DNA of 45,754 nucleotides, taken from positions 1 through 45,754 of the IMG/VR virus record IMGVR_UViG_3300015370_000003. One strand, 5' to 3'. The notes below the pieces were generated by a model. That model saw only the letters and a program-made list of their open reading frames with translations. It made no database searches and had not been told where the DNA came from. Shown piece after piece: positions 25,133 to 35,997 of the stretch. The number at the start of each line of letters is the position of its first letter. Within the stretch, counting starts at the first letter, position 1. The DNA comes from a virus. Taxonomy: Duplodnaviria; Caudoviricetes. The position numbers and the translations under genes are program-made.

Positions 25133-26143
25133 ATGAATTATAATCAAAATGCGGGATATGGCAGAGCATTATTTAATGCTGTTCATTCTGCTATTCCGAC
25201 TTTCGGAAATATTTTCGTTGTTTTAGACCCAGATGATTATGATGAAGGTAATTTCCAACACATGCAAGAATTGTTTAGTGCAGACCCTGACGGAAGAGTA
25301 AGATTTTTTACTGATTTATCATTAGCTGAAGATGTAGCAGAATCTAATAATAATGATGTTATTGTTTTAGACGGCAACAGTTCTCATGCTTTGACTACCT
25401 TTATAACTAACGACAAAAATCGCTTACATTATATCGGTCTTGATTATTTAATGGGGATGAAGCGAAGAATAGGTCAGTCAACTAAAGTAACTATTGCAGG
25501 TTCAATATCAACAAACACATCAACTATAAGAAATACAGGTATTAGATGTTCTTTCAGAGGAATTAAATTTGATAGTTCAAACACTTCAACTTCAGCTCTT
25601 TGGGCTTTTGAAGATGGTGGAGAATTTACTTATTTTGATTCTTGTCATTTTGTAAGGTCTGCAATTTTAACAACTGCCACTGCCGCTGATTTATTAATGA
25701 ATGGTGATAGTTCAGAATTTCATAACTGTTCTTTTGGCGGAACTGCTTATAACATTACAGCAAACGGCAATAGACCTTGCGTTGATTTAAAAAAAGAACA
25801 AATAACAGGAAAAGTTTGTAGAGATGGTATTTTTGAAAATTGCTTATTCCTTAGAAGAAGCGGAGATGCTGATAATTCATTTATTTATTCAGCAGGCGCT
25901 ACAGATGTTGAAAGAATGTTGCTAGTAAATAAGCCTATTTTCTGGGCTGATGCAAAAAGCACTACAAATATGGACGAATGCGTAAGCGGTGCGGCTTCAT
26001 TAACAGAGGGTTCAATTTTGGTAATTGACCCTGTAGCGACACAAACTCCAGCCTCAATTTCAACTACAATAGGCGTATTTGTTGAAGGATATACTCCAGA
26101 TGCAACAGGCGCTGCCGCTGGTATTGCAATTCAATGCGCTTAA
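25133..26143 (+). CDS. Virion-associated beta-helix (pectin-lyase-like) protein
   Basis: Repeating FxxCxF strands (YFDSCHF, FHNCSF, FENCLF); follows the capsid gene. Confidence 0.55.
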   Translation: MNYNQNAGYGRALFNAVHSAIPTFGNIFVVLDPDDYDEGNFQHMQELFSADPDGRVRFFTDLSLAEDVAESNNNDVIVLDGNSSHALTTFITNDKNRLHYIGLDYLMGMKRRIGQSTKVTIAGSISTNTSTIRNTGIRCSFRGIKFDSSNTSTSALWAFEDGGEFTYFDSCHFVRSAILTTATAADLLMNGDSSEFHNCSFGGTAYNITANGNRPCVDLKKEQITGKVCRDGIFENCLFLRRSGDADNSFIYSAGATDVERMLLVNKPIFWADAKSTTNMDECVSGAASLTEGSILVIDPVATQTPASISTTIGVFVEGYTPDATGAAAGIAIQCA

Positions 26144-26344
26144 TAATTAACTAAAATATATGTCAGAAATAACAAGGAATTCTGATTTACTGGAAGAAGG
26201 TGTTGATGAATTTGCAGGAGTTGCAGTTGAAAAAAAAGAAAAAAGAGGTAGAAAGAAAAAATCAGAAAAATAAAACTTTATTAGGGGCAGAAGGGGGCGA
26301 CTTTTATGTCATCTGCCCCATAATACAGTTTTATAAATTATTAT

Positions 26345-26545
26345 ATGGAAGATTTAAAATATTATAATTCAAAATTAAATGATTTTGATAAATACAGTAA
26401 AGAATCAAGAGATATGGAATTTAGGGGTAATATATCTAGGGCTAAACAATGTAAAGAAAAAGCTGAAAATATAAAAAGAGAAATATCAAAAGTGATTCAA
26501 GTAAGAGAAAAAAACAATTCTAAATTTATCAAAAAATTTTATTAA
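26345..26545 (+). CDS. Hypothetical protein
   Basis: ORF in operon. Confidence 0.5.
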   Translation: MEDLKYYNSKLNDFDKYSKESRDMEFRGNISRAKQCKEKAENIKREISKVIQVREKNNSKFIKKFY

Positions 26546-26557
26546 TTTATAAAATAT

Positions 26558-28093
26558 ATGTTATTAGACGGAGTAAATAAACAATCGTTTATTTCAGATA
26601 GAATACCTTTACCGGTTGACGTTGTGGCTGATACTTCTTATGTAAATTCAATTACAGGAGAAACTGTGCAACTGTATTATTTTTCAAATGCTTTATTAAC
26701 TTGTGCAGCCGCTGGTGAAACAACTGCTTCAACTTGGGCTGCCTTAGCTGCTACTTCAACTTTTGAAATAGATATAAATTCACAAACTTATATTATTAAT
26801 CCTGATTTTACAGGTGATGCTTCAATGGCAAATGTAGCGGCTTCAATTCAAACAGCGTTACGAACAAAAGTGGCAAGTGTTACTTGTGCTTATTCAACAG
26901 ACCATTTTGTCATAACAACAGCTAAAGATGAAAGTGGAGATAATGCCGCAAATAATATTTCAGTATTAAGAAATCCAACTTCAAATACCGGAACAAATAT
27001 AGCGGGTGCTTCTTGGATGAATGGTTTATATGGAGCAGGAATTGTTACACAAGCAACTCCGACAACAGATGCAGGAGAAGCGGCAGGAACAGTTGTAATT
27101 GCTAAATTAGCTTATAGTGGTATTTTAGATACTTTGGGTGTTGGTATAGGAAATAAAGACGCAACTTCTTTGGCTTGGACAACAGGAACTGTTTTGCCAG
27201 CTAAATACATGAAAGATTGCCCTAAATATCCGATAGAGGATGTAACAAATAAAGAACTGGTTGATATTGCCTATGATATAGTTAAAAATTATTCTACAAA
27301 CGGAGAATGGTGTCTTGACCATAGGCTTGGTGTTATTTTCGGTAAAAAAGCGTCAACAGGCACTTCTGATACGGCAGCATATAAAGTAGCGACACAAACA
27401 ACAGGTGGCGGAACTTCAATATCTGAAAGCATAAATGTTGCAAAATATGGAAATGTAGCGGCAGTTAAAGATGATGCGGCTTATGCACCAGCTACACATT
27501 ATCCTGTCCCTGTAGCAGGTGTTGCTGATGAAGCTTCAACAGATTCAGTTGATGAAGGTGATTTGGGATATTTAAGAATGACACTTGATAGAAAACAAAT
27601 AAATGCAAGTGAACATATTGACGATGCGGCTTTAGCAGGAGGTAAATATACTACAGTAATGGGCGCAAGAGCCGATGAAGATGCAACAGATAGTGTTGAT
27701 GAAGGTGATGCCGGATATTTGAGAATGACTTTAGATAGATTGCTTTTATCTTCAAATTCAGCACAAACAGCAAATGGATTAACTCCGTTGACTGACGCTG
27801 ATGCGGATAACACAGCACAAACAATTAAGGGTTCAGCTGGTAATTTATATAATCTTATTGCTTATAATCCGAATACTACAATAGCTTATGTGCAGATATT
27901 TAATCACGCATCTCCAACAGTAGGCACAACAGCAGCAGTATATATTTTACCAATTCCGCCGAATGGAATTGCAGGTATTGAGCCTTCAGTGCCGATTACA
28001 TTTTCAACTGCAATAACTTATGCGGCGACTACAACTGCGACAGGAAGCGGAGATCCGACAACCGGATTAGTTTTGTCAGCAGCTTATAAATAA
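26558..28093 (+). CDS. Structural/fibre-like protein with internal duplication
   Basis: Ala/Thr-rich; TDSVDEGD.GYLRMTLDR occurs twice. Confidence 0.65.
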   Translation: MLLDGVNKQSFISDRIPLPVDVVADTSYVNSITGETVQLYYFSNALLTCAAAGETTASTWAALAATSTFEIDINSQTYIINPDFTGDASMANVAASIQTALRTKVASVTCAYSTDHFVITTAKDESGDNAANNISVLRNPTSNTGTNIAGASWMNGLYGAGIVTQATPTTDAGEAAGTVVIAKLAYSGILDTLGVGIGNKDATSLAWTTGTVLPAKYMKDCPKYPIEDVTNKELVDIAYDIVKNYSTNGEWCLDHRLGVIFGKKASTGTSDTAAYKVATQTTGGGTSISESINVAKYGNVAAVKDDAAYAPATHYPVPVAGVADEASTDSVDEGDLGYLRMTLDRKQINASEHIDDAALAGGKYTTVMGARADEDATDSVDEGDAGYLRMTLDRLLLSSNSAQTANGLTPLTDADADNTAQTIKGSAGNLYNLIAYNPNTTIAYVQIFNHASPTVGTTAAVYILPIPPNGIAGIEPSVPITFSTAITYAATTTATGSGDPTTGLVLSAAYK

Positions 28094-28110
28094 TTTAACA
28101 ATATAAATAT

Positions 28111-28890
28111 ATGGCGATAGCAATGCCTTATGTTCCGATGTCAGACGACGGAACAGTAATTAAACCATTGGTTACCACACGAAATGTCGGAGTATATAAT
28201 GATGTTTATTTTGTAGGAAGAAATGCTGCAAATAATGCTTGGATAGATATGTTTAAGTTAAATTCTTCTGACGAAATTGAATTAGGAACAACTTTAAATG
28301 TAGGAACAATGACTGTTGATGATGATAGCGGCGCGGTTGTAGTTCTTAATATGCCTGTTTCGGCTGACCCTGCTGACGGAACAGAAGAGAGTTTTGACTT
28401 TCAAATAGATTCAAATTCAATATTAAAACTGTATTCAGAAGCTGATTCAGCAGGAGCAGTTGATACACTGGAAGCAAGATTTGGAAATAATGTTGATATT
28501 TTGTGGCGCGCTTCAACAGGTGGTTGTAATCTAAGAACGGCAGAGGCGACTGTTAATGTAACGGCGGCTGCGAGCATAACAATAGCCTGCCAAGTGCCAA
28601 GTGGCGCAAGAATTATAGGCTGCCAAATAAGAGTTGACGCGGCTTTGGCGGCAGGTGAAACTTGGGACGCAGCTTATGAGACAGGCGCGACACAGGCGAT
28701 AGCAACAGCGCAAGCGGTAGCACAGAATACAAAAGTAAATAAGTATTTTGATACACATGCGGCAACTGATATAGCTTCAGCGGCAACAGATATTGCAATT
28801 ACAAAAAACGCCGGTGGAGCATTTACCGCGCAAGGAACTTTCAGGGGTATTATTTATTATATGGACAATACCGCAATGGCTAGTCTTTAA
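28111..28890 (+). CDS. Structural protein
   Basis: Ala/Thr/Asp-rich beta composition; position. Confidence 0.6.
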   Translation: MAIAMPYVPMSDDGTVIKPLVTTRNVGVYNDVYFVGRNAANNAWIDMFKLNSSDEIELGTTLNVGTMTVDDDSGAVVVLNMPVSADPADGTEESFDFQIDSNSILKLYSEADSAGAVDTLEARFGNNVDILWRASTGGCNLRTAEATVNVTAAASITIACQVPSGARIIGCQIRVDAALAAGETWDAAYETGATQAIATAQAVAQNTKVNKYFDTHAATDIASAATDIAITKNAGGAFTAQGTFRGIIYYMDNTAMASL

Positions 28891-28901
28891 TATATATTTT
28901 T

Positions 28902-29684
28902 ATGATAATAAAAAATTTTTGGAAACCGACATCAATTCCAGGACTTGTCTGGGGCTGGGACGGAAGCCTTACTTCGGCAGGTCTTGTCAGAGACTTATCG
29001 CCTTATCATAACGATGTAACTATTGAAGGCTCATATACTGAGAATGACACTATTGTCGGGAAGACTGTTACATTTAATGGAACTGACACAAGGATTAATT
29101 TAGGAGATGCGGCACAATATTCGTTTACGAATGACGCACAAGGCTTTACGATCGTGATGATATGGCAAAAGTTACAAACTGGCAATCCCGAGCCTTTAAT
29201 TTCAAAATACTCGGCGGCGGGAGTTACCGAATATATAGTTGGATCAATTTTGACAAGTAATAATCATTATTTTTGGGGTCTTGATACTGTTGCAGGAGGG
29301 TATAGGGGCAGATTTTCAGCTCCAGTTATTACAATTGACGGTATTTATCATTTATTTGTGGCGAGAAAAACAAACGGAACGGCAACGACTAATTTTGAAT
29401 TTTATTCTGATAATGTGCAGAAAGATTCCGCAAATTTCACAAACGGGAATTTTACGCAGTTAAGGAATACAAACGCGCCATTATATATCGGTTTTACTTC
29501 TTATGGCTTAGGCACAAATATTTACGCCAATGTCAAAATTGGGGCAACAGGACTTTATAATCGACCTTTAACTAATCAGGAACTTACAAATATATACACG
29601 ACTTTTGCAGCTTCACGAACAAGAGCTGAAACAGCACATAATTTAAAATTAAATACAGGCGGTCAAAGCATAAAAATAGAATAA
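28902..29684 (+). CDS. LamG/concanavalin A-like domain protein
   Basis: TFNGTDTRI...DGIYHLFV...LYIG...LYNRPLTNQEL. Confidence 0.75.
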   Translation: MIIKNFWKPTSIPGLVWGWDGSLTSAGLVRDLSPYHNDVTIEGSYTENDTIVGKTVTFNGTDTRINLGDAAQYSFTNDAQGFTIVMIWQKLQTGNPEPLISKYSAAGVTEYIVGSILTSNNHYFWGLDTVAGGYRGRFSAPVITIDGIYHLFVARKTNGTATTNFEFYSDNVQKDSANFTNGNFTQLRNTNAPLYIGFTSYGLGTNIYANVKIGATGLYNRPLTNQELTNIYTTFAASRTRAETAHNLKLNTGGQSIKIE

Positions 29685-29685
29685 T

Positions 29686-29886
29686 ATGAAATTATATTGC
29701 CCAAAATGTAATAAAACAACAAAAATATATTGTAAAGATGAAAAAGGAAATATTGCAATAGGCTGTATTGGAGTTTGCGAAAATGACAAGTGTGCAGAAA
29801 ATATTGAGAATGACAGACTTGCTAAATTAGAAAACAATACTTTTTTAAATTATTCTTTCTTAGTAGAAAAAGAATTTATTAAATAA
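29686..29886 (+). CDS. Small Cys-rich protein
   Basis: CPKC...C...C. Confidence 0.5.
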   Translation: MKLYCPKCNKTTKIYCKDEKGNIAIGCIGVCENDKCAENIENDRLAKLENNTFLNYSFLVEKEFIK

Positions 29887-29902
29887 ATAATTTGGAGGGG
29901 TT

Positions 29903-30136
29903 ATGGCAAATGGTCAAGACTATAAAATAGGCAAACTTTGCGGACAAGTTGAGTCTTTAGAAAAGAGATTTGACAGTTTTAAATTATCAAACGAAAAAGA
30001 CCACGATGAGATGTTTCAAATATTAGATGATTTGCGCGTTTGGAAGATAAAAACAGTTAGCAAGATAAGTGTAATATCAACATTTGTCTGCGGATTATTA
30101 GCACTAATTTGGCAAATTATAAAAATTAATTTTTAA
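29903..30136 (+). CDS. Membrane-anchored coiled-coil protein (holin/XhlA-like)
   Basis: Coiled coil plus a C-terminal hydrophobic helix. Confidence 0.5.
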   Translation: MANGQDYKIGKLCGQVESLEKRFDSFKLSNEKDHDEMFQILDDLRVWKIKTVSKISVISTFVCGLLALIWQIIKINF

Positions 30137-30140
30137 ATTT

Positions 30141-30341
30141 ATGAAAAACGGATTTAAAGTTGAGTTAATGCTTAAAAAAGGAATTAAGTATTTTGCAATT
30201 TTTCTTTTGCCTGTATTAATTGACACATTCATAGTTGAATATCCACAATGGTCGCAATTAACAATAGGCGGTTTGCTTGTAATGGTGGCTAATTATTTGA
30301 AGCACGCAGAAGAATTTAAAATTCCATTTTTAGACAAATAA
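30141..30341 (+). CDS. Holin-like two-TM protein
   Basis: Two hydrophobic helices, charged ends, 66 aa. Confidence 0.6.
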   Translation: MKNGFKVELMLKKGIKYFAIFLLPVLIDTFIVEYPQWSQLTIGGLLVMVANYLKHAEEFKIPFLDK

Positions 30342-30391
30342 AAAATAAATAACAGTTAAGCAATGGACTTAACACAAAAAACTACAATTTT

Positions 30392-30565
30392 ATGGAAAAA
30401 AAATTAGAAGAATTATCAAAACAATTTGAAGAAAAAAAACAAGAAATTATTAAAAAGGAAAAAGAAATTCAGATATTGCAACAGCAATGTATGGAATTAA
30501 GAGGAGCATACAAAGAATTTAAAAAGTATATTGAAGAAAATAAAGAAACAAAAAAGAAAAAATAA
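30392..30565 (+). CDS. Small coiled-coil protein (57 aa)
   Basis: Manual translation MEKKLEELSKQFEEKKQE...MELRGAY. Confidence 0.55.
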   Translation: MEKKLEELSKQFEEKKQEIIKKEKEIQILQQQCMELRGAYKEFKKYIEENKETKKKK

Positions 30566-30618
30566 TTAATTAATAAATGCGCGGTTATTGAAGCCAGCGC
30601 AAAAAAGGAGAACATTTT

Positions 30619-30969
30619 ATGACTATGTTTGAAAAAGCCTATGATGAGGCTAAAAAAACATTTGAGGAGAAAGAAAAAGAGCAAGTTAAAAAAATGGTAA
30701 CTGAACTTTTAACTAAAAGAGAAAAGTTATCAAAAGAAAAAGAAGAGATTGAAGAAAAAATCAGAATTATCGGCAAAGAGTTGGAAGATTTAAAAAACGG
30801 AAAAATTGACAAGATTAAGGAAAGACACGAAAAATCTGATGTAGCGGAACAATTAATGCCGTTCAGGTTTATTGGTGATTGGGGAAATATACCAAACTAT
30901 TTTCCAGGCACTTACGATGTAACTTGTAATTTTAATGGACAAGAATTTAGAAAAATATTTTATTTTTAG
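30619..30969 (+). CDS. Coiled-coil hypothetical protein, possibly SD-led
   Basis: AAGGAG upstream; followed by a TTAGCAGTCT hairpin. Confidence 0.65.
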   Translation: MTMFEKAYDEAKKTFEEKEKEQVKKMVTELLTKREKLSKEKEEIEEKIRIIGKELEDLKNGKIDKIKERHEKSDVAEQLMPFRFIGDWGNIPNYFPGTYDVTCNFNGQEFRKIFYF

Positions 30970-31026
30970 TTTATTTTCTTAGCAGTCTATCACTTAGACT
31001 GCTAAATAAAGTAAATATAAAAAAAT

Positions 31027-32451
31027 ATGAGTAGCAAATTATTACAAACGCCTCAAATAATAGAAATTATAGGCTCAACTATTAGGATTAAACATCCTGA
31101 TATATCAGGTTATACAAGAACGGAGATAGTCTCTCCTTTTACCGCCGCTGGAACAACATTAACAGTTTCAGATAATAATGATTTAGCAGATAATGATTGG
31201 TTTATTTTAGGTGAAAAAGGAGATGCGAAAACAGAAGAATGCGATGTTAATGGAGCAGTAACAAGAGGAACTTCAATAACCATTACAAACACAACAAAAT
31301 TCAGCCATGAAATACATACGCCAGTTACTAAAATATATGAAAGAGGTATAAAGATATATGGTGCTGCTACTGATGGTGGTGCTGGAATATTAATAACTTC
31401 GGTTGACGCAAAAACAACCCCGATTGCTGATGCTGTAATGATACAGTGGGAAAAAAATTATACAGAATATACATTAATAAGCACAGATACAACTTATGCT
31501 TATTATTTTGTTAAATTTACTGATGGAACAACAGATAGTAGTGCAAGTGATTATGTGGCGGCAACAGGTTTAACTTATACAACAGCAGAAGAAATAATAA
31601 AAGGAGCATTGAAAAAAGTTCATGCTAAAATTGACGAAGATATTTCAAGAGAATGGTTGCTTGATGTTTTTAATGATTGGCAAGATGAAGTTTCACATTA
31701 TATTACAAATAATGCTATAAGCAAGGATTGGTCGCATGAAATTTTTGATGAAAGCACCTTAACAATAACTGAAAATGAAGACACTTATGCTTTATCAGGA
31801 TTAACCGCTGATTTAAAATATATAAACTCAAAAGAAGGTATTTTAAATGTTAGGCTTGGTTCTTGCCCATTGGCATATAAAGACATAACAGAGTTTGATA
31901 AAGATAGATATGGAGTTGTAAAAACAACATTAGCGTCAGATATTACGGCAGGAGATACCTCAATTACTTTGACGGATAGTTATGAATTTGCAGAATCAGG
32001 CACAGTTTCTATCGGTGAAGATACTATCACTTATACTGCAAACGCAGAAGCGACTGGTGTATTAAGTGGTTGCACAGGAACAGATAACGACCAAACAACT
32101 GGAGCATCTGTTTGGCAAGGAACTTCACCGGGAAAACCGAATTATTATACTATTTTTAACGGAAATTTAATTTTAGATATTCCTCCAAATAGCGATTATG
32201 TCGGATACAAATTAAAAATAAAAGGATTAAGAGCTTTACCTAGAATAACATCTTTAAGTGAAGCGACTTTGATACCTTTTACTTATGTAGGAAAATATTA
32301 TATAGCGGCTCAAATAGAATATGAAAAAGGAAATGACACAAACGGAGATAGATTAAATGGTTTATATATGAAATATATGGAGCAAGAAGCATATAAAGAT
32401 AAACTACAAACAATGGATACTTTTACTTATTATAATGGTATTGATATATGA
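31027..32451 (+). CDS. Head-tail adaptor-like virion protein with extra beta domains
   Basis: Helical segment EEIIKGALKKV...LLDVFNDWQDEV, GKPNYY, TLASDITAGDTSITL; precedes the nozzle-like gene. Confidence 0.5.
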   Translation: MSSKLLQTPQIIEIIGSTIRIKHPDISGYTRTEIVSPFTAAGTTLTVSDNNDLADNDWFILGEKGDAKTEECDVNGAVTRGTSITITNTTKFSHEIHTPVTKIYERGIKIYGAATDGGAGILITSVDAKTTPIADAVMIQWEKNYTEYTLISTDTTYAYYFVKFTDGTTDSSASDYVAATGLTYTTAEEIIKGALKKVHAKIDEDISREWLLDVFNDWQDEVSHYITNNAISKDWSHEIFDESTLTITENEDTYALSGLTADLKYINSKEGILNVRLGSCPLAYKDITEFDKDRYGVVKTTLASDITAGDTSITLTDSYEFAESGTVSIGEDTITYTANAEATGVLSGCTGTDNDQTTGASVWQGTSPGKPNYYTIFNGNLILDIPPNSDYVGYKLKIKGLRALPRITSLSEATLIPFTYVGKYYIAAQIEYEKGNDTNGDRLNGLYMKYMEQEAYKDKLQTMDTFTYYNGIDI

Positions 32452-33911
32452 CACCTGTAAATTTTTTACAATTCATAAATGGTTTATATACTGATGTCGG
32501 TATTTTATCTGTTCCACAAGATGCTTTATATATTCAAGATAATGTCATTACTACATATAAGCTTGGTTCTTTATTAAAAAGACCGGGATATAGAAATATA
32601 GGAAGTGCGTTACAAACAAATAAATCAATAACTGGATTATTTAATTTCAGACAAACCGCTTCAACACAAAAAATGTTAGCTACTGTTGATGATGCTACTT
32701 CTGATGATACGCAATTATTTTATTCAACAGGAAGCACTTGGAATGAAATAACAGGAGCAGAAACAGCATGGGCTAATAAGGCTGGAATTAATGTTGAAAT
32801 GGAAAATTTTATAACATATTGTTTTTTTGTAGGGTATGGATCAACTGATGGATTTTTACCGGTAGCATCATTAACAAATACAACATTTTCCACAAGCACA
32901 AACGTAACAAATATGCCTAGTGCTAAATATATTAAAAGATATAGGGATAGATTATATATAGGTAATTGTGATATTTCAGCGACAGGTTATCCTTATAGGG
33001 TATATTACAGTTCTGTTCCGTCAGGAGCTACAATTTCTTGGACAGTAGCAACTGATTTTTTTGATGTTGATTATTCAGAAGTAATAACAGGGTTAGGTGA
33101 AAATTGGGATAGGCTTATAATATTTACTGAATATTCAGCATATATGTATGATCAAAACTCTAAACAAAAAGTTTGGGATGTCGGTTGTTCAAATAATAGG
33201 ACAATTAAAAATTCAGGTGCTTATATGCTTTGGGCTAATAGAGATGGAGTTTGGATTTCAACTGGTGGCAGACCAGAAAACATAGCAGGAAGAGTTATTG
33301 ATTTTATAAGAAATTCAAACATAACAAATGCTTTTGCTGAAGTAGTAGATGAAGAATATCATTTATATTTAGGTTCAGTTACTGTAAATGGAGTTAGTTA
33401 TAGTAATTGCACATTGATTTTTAATATACCGACACAAACTTGGAGAGTTCATGAATATGCAGATACAATGACAATATTTGCTAAATATTATGCTTCTGGT
33501 ATTAATCATTTATGGATGGGAGATAATACTGGTGATGTTCACGAGCTTGGAAAATATACTGATTCAACATTATTAACAAGTGATGATGGAACAGTAATAC
33601 ATAGTTGGTTTCAAACAGGAGGACTGCATTTTGGTTCGCCTTATTTAAAAAAACAAATAGGTAAAATTATTGCTTATTCAGATAGAGCGCAAAATTTAAT
33701 ATTAAAAGCTAGAGTAATAAACAGAAACACACAATCATTAACACCATTTGTAGAAATAGGAATGTTAAAAAAATATATTAACGAATTACAATTTAATCAA
33801 AAAAGCGGACATATTTTACAAATAGAAGGTTCTGAAATGGGTTCAAATCCATACTGGTCTTTTTATGGATTTACCGCAAATATTGAAATAGATGGACAAT
33901 TTAAAAATTAA
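32448..33911 (+). CDS. Tail nozzle / DNA stabilisation-like beta-propeller protein
   Basis: GSLLKRPG, YRDRLY, RVYYS, DVGC...TI motifs typical of podovirus nozzle proteins. Confidence 0.65.
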   Translation: MTPVNFLQFINGLYTDVGILSVPQDALYIQDNVITTYKLGSLLKRPGYRNIGSALQTNKSITGLFNFRQTASTQKMLATVDDATSDDTQLFYSTGSTWNEITGAETAWANKAGINVEMENFITYCFFVGYGSTDGFLPVASLTNTTFSTSTNVTNMPSAKYIKRYRDRLYIGNCDISATGYPYRVYYSSVPSGATISWTVATDFFDVDYSEVITGLGENWDRLIIFTEYSAYMYDQNSKQKVWDVGCSNNRTIKNSGAYMLWANRDGVWISTGGRPENIAGRVIDFIRNSNITNAFAEVVDEEYHLYLGSVTVNGVSYSNCTLIFNIPTQTWRVHEYADTMTIFAKYYASGINHLWMGDNTGDVHELGKYTDSTLLTSDDGTVIHSWFQTGGLHFGSPYLKKQIGKIIAYSDRAQNLILKARVINRNTQSLTPFVEIGMLKKYINELQFNQKSGHILQIEGSEMGSNPYWSFYGFTANIEIDGQFKN

Positions 33912-33916
33912 TTATT

Positions 33917-35743
33917 ATGCCAATTATTGAAGAACTTGGGTTCAATTCAAATCATCGTAAAGAGATGAGAATAGATGATGAAATAGTTGAAGTTAATCAG
34001 ACTTTTCCTGATATTAGTTTTCCAAATAATAAAATTAAAAGTTTATCAGTTGAAAAATTAATTTCAGGAACTATAAAATCACAACAGATTACTCTTGATA
34101 TTGTAGATGGCGAGGGTGATATATATATTGCAGGAGGAACATTTGATGCCGCGACTTGGACAGCTACAGGAGGATTTATTTTAGGCTTAGATGATTCTGA
34201 TTCAAATGTAGAAAAGTTTTTTATCGGAGATGCGACAACTTCAATAGATTGGAATGTAACCACAGTAGATACTTTAACAATAAAAGGGGTTATAACAGCA
34301 ACATCTGGAAGCATTGGAGGTTGGACTATAAATTCAGATTCATTAACAGCTTCATCAGGAGAAGTTGGAATATCATCAGCAATTACGGCAGGTGATGATA
34401 TAAGATTTTGGGCTGGAGATGCGATCCCTGCGAGTGCCGAGTTTAGAGTATATGAAAGCGGAGCGGTAGTCGCTTCAAGCATTACTGCGACAGGAACAAT
34501 TAATGCTCAAGGCGGATATATAGGTGCTGCGTCAACTGCATTAGCGATTGAAAATGCAGGATTAAATATAGGTAATACAGGTTCAATTAGAGGTGGTCAA
34601 ACTGCTTATGATACTGGTTCGGGCTGGTTTTTAGGATATAGTTCTTCAGCATATAAATTAAGCATTGGTGATGGAACATTAAATAATAGTTTAAAATGGG
34701 ACGGAACTGATTTGTATGTTAAGGGAACACAATTATTATTTAATGATGTTTTTGGAAGTGGAAAAGATGGTGATGTTACTATATCGGCAGATACGACACT
34801 TACATCTGATATGTTTTATGATAATTTAACTGTTGATGTAACAAAAACATTAAATACAGGAGGATTTAGGGTGTTTGTAAAAGGAACACTTACATTAAAT
34901 GGAACTATTGCAAGAAATGGAAATGCAGGTGGAAATGGTGGTTCTGCTGTTGATATAAATGGAGGAAGCGGAGGGACTGGAGGTGCTGCTTTAGCAGATG
35001 GTTCAATAAAAGGAACTATTGCAGGAGTTAATGGTGGTCAAGGTGGTGCTGGTGGAGGTAATAATCCAGGTAATTTTGGTGCTGCTGGATCTAATGGTAA
35101 CGATGTGGCAAAATCTTTAGGTGATAATGGAGTAGTAGGAGTTTCTGGCGGTAATGGTGGTAGATCAGCTACATTTCCTGCTGGAAATCCAGGAGGAAGT
35201 GGTGGAGCAGGGGGAACTGCTGGTTCACAAACAGGAACTGTTTATAATCAACCATATAGCATTGTTCCTGCATATAATTTATATGATGAGTTACCTGCTG
35301 GAGATTATTTAAAATCTTCTGCTGGTTCTGGTGCTTCTGGCGGTGGCGGTGGTGGCGGAGGTTCTTCGGGTTCAGGTGGTGGAGGTGGTGGAGGTGGAGG
35401 ATCTGGTTCTCCAGGTGGAATTGTATTTTTATTTGCTAAAACAATAATTGGTTCAGGAACAATAAGTGCAGTTGGTGGCAATGGAGGTAATGGAGGAGCA
35501 GGAAGAGATGGGATAAGTGGAAATGGCGGTGGAGGTGGCGGCGGTGGGGCTGGTTCTGGTAGTTCTGGAGGTGTTATTATTTTTGGTTATAATTCTAAAA
35601 CTGCCATAACAGTAAGTGCTGCTGGAGGCTCTGCTGGTAATGTCGGTAATTATGGCGCAGGGGTTGGAACTGGCTTAGTTGGTGTGGCAGGAACAACAGG
35701 AAACGCTGGCAACACAGGAACAATAATTTATTTACAAGTTTAA
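33917..35743 (+). CDS. Tail fibre/spike with glycine-rich C-terminal domain
   Basis: SGSIGGWTI motif; FGSGKDGDVTI followed by long poly-Gly tracts. Confidence 0.7.
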   Translation: MPIIEELGFNSNHRKEMRIDDEIVEVNQTFPDISFPNNKIKSLSVEKLISGTIKSQQITLDIVDGEGDIYIAGGTFDAATWTATGGFILGLDDSDSNVEKFFIGDATTSIDWNVTTVDTLTIKGVITATSGSIGGWTINSDSLTASSGEVGISSAITAGDDIRFWAGDAIPASAEFRVYESGAVVASSITATGTINAQGGYIGAASTALAIENAGLNIGNTGSIRGGQTAYDTGSGWFLGYSSSAYKLSIGDGTLNNSLKWDGTDLYVKGTQLLFNDVFGSGKDGDVTISADTTLTSDMFYDNLTVDVTKTLNTGGFRVFVKGTLTLNGTIARNGNAGGNGGSAVDINGGSGGTGGAALADGSIKGTIAGVNGGQGGAGGGNNPGNFGAAGSNGNDVAKSLGDNGVVGVSGGNGGRSATFPAGNPGGSGGAGGTAGSQTGTVYNQPYSIVPAYNLYDELPAGDYLKSSAGSGASGGGGGGGGSSGSGGGGGGGGGSGSPGGIVFLFAKTIIGSGTISAVGGNGGNGGAGRDGISGNGGGGGGGGAGSGSSGGVIIFGYNSKTAITVSAAGGSAGNVGNYGAGVGTGLVGVAGTTGNAGNTGTIIYLQV

Positions 35744-35744
35744 T

Positions 35745-35993
35745 ATGTTTATATTAGTTGATAAAAAAACAAAAGAAATAAAGTTATCATCTGTTGGAAA
35801 AATAAAATATAACAGCAATATTTTTGACTTAATTGAAGTTAATGATGAAAAACTAGATGGCAATACTTGTATATATAAAGATAACAAAATAGAAAAAACA
35901 AAAATTATATCAAATAAGGATATAGCTAAGGAAATGATTGACAATGCTAATTCTGTTAAAGATATAAAAGAAATACTTAAAAAATTATTATAA
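35745..35993 (+). CDS. Small protein, possible fibre chaperone
   Basis: Position after the fibre gene. Confidence 0.45.
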   Translation: MFILVDKKTKEIKLSSVGKIKYNSNIFDLIEVNDEKLDGNTCIYKDNKIEKTKIISNKDIAKEMIDNANSVKDIKEILKKLL

Positions 35994-35997
35994 TAAT

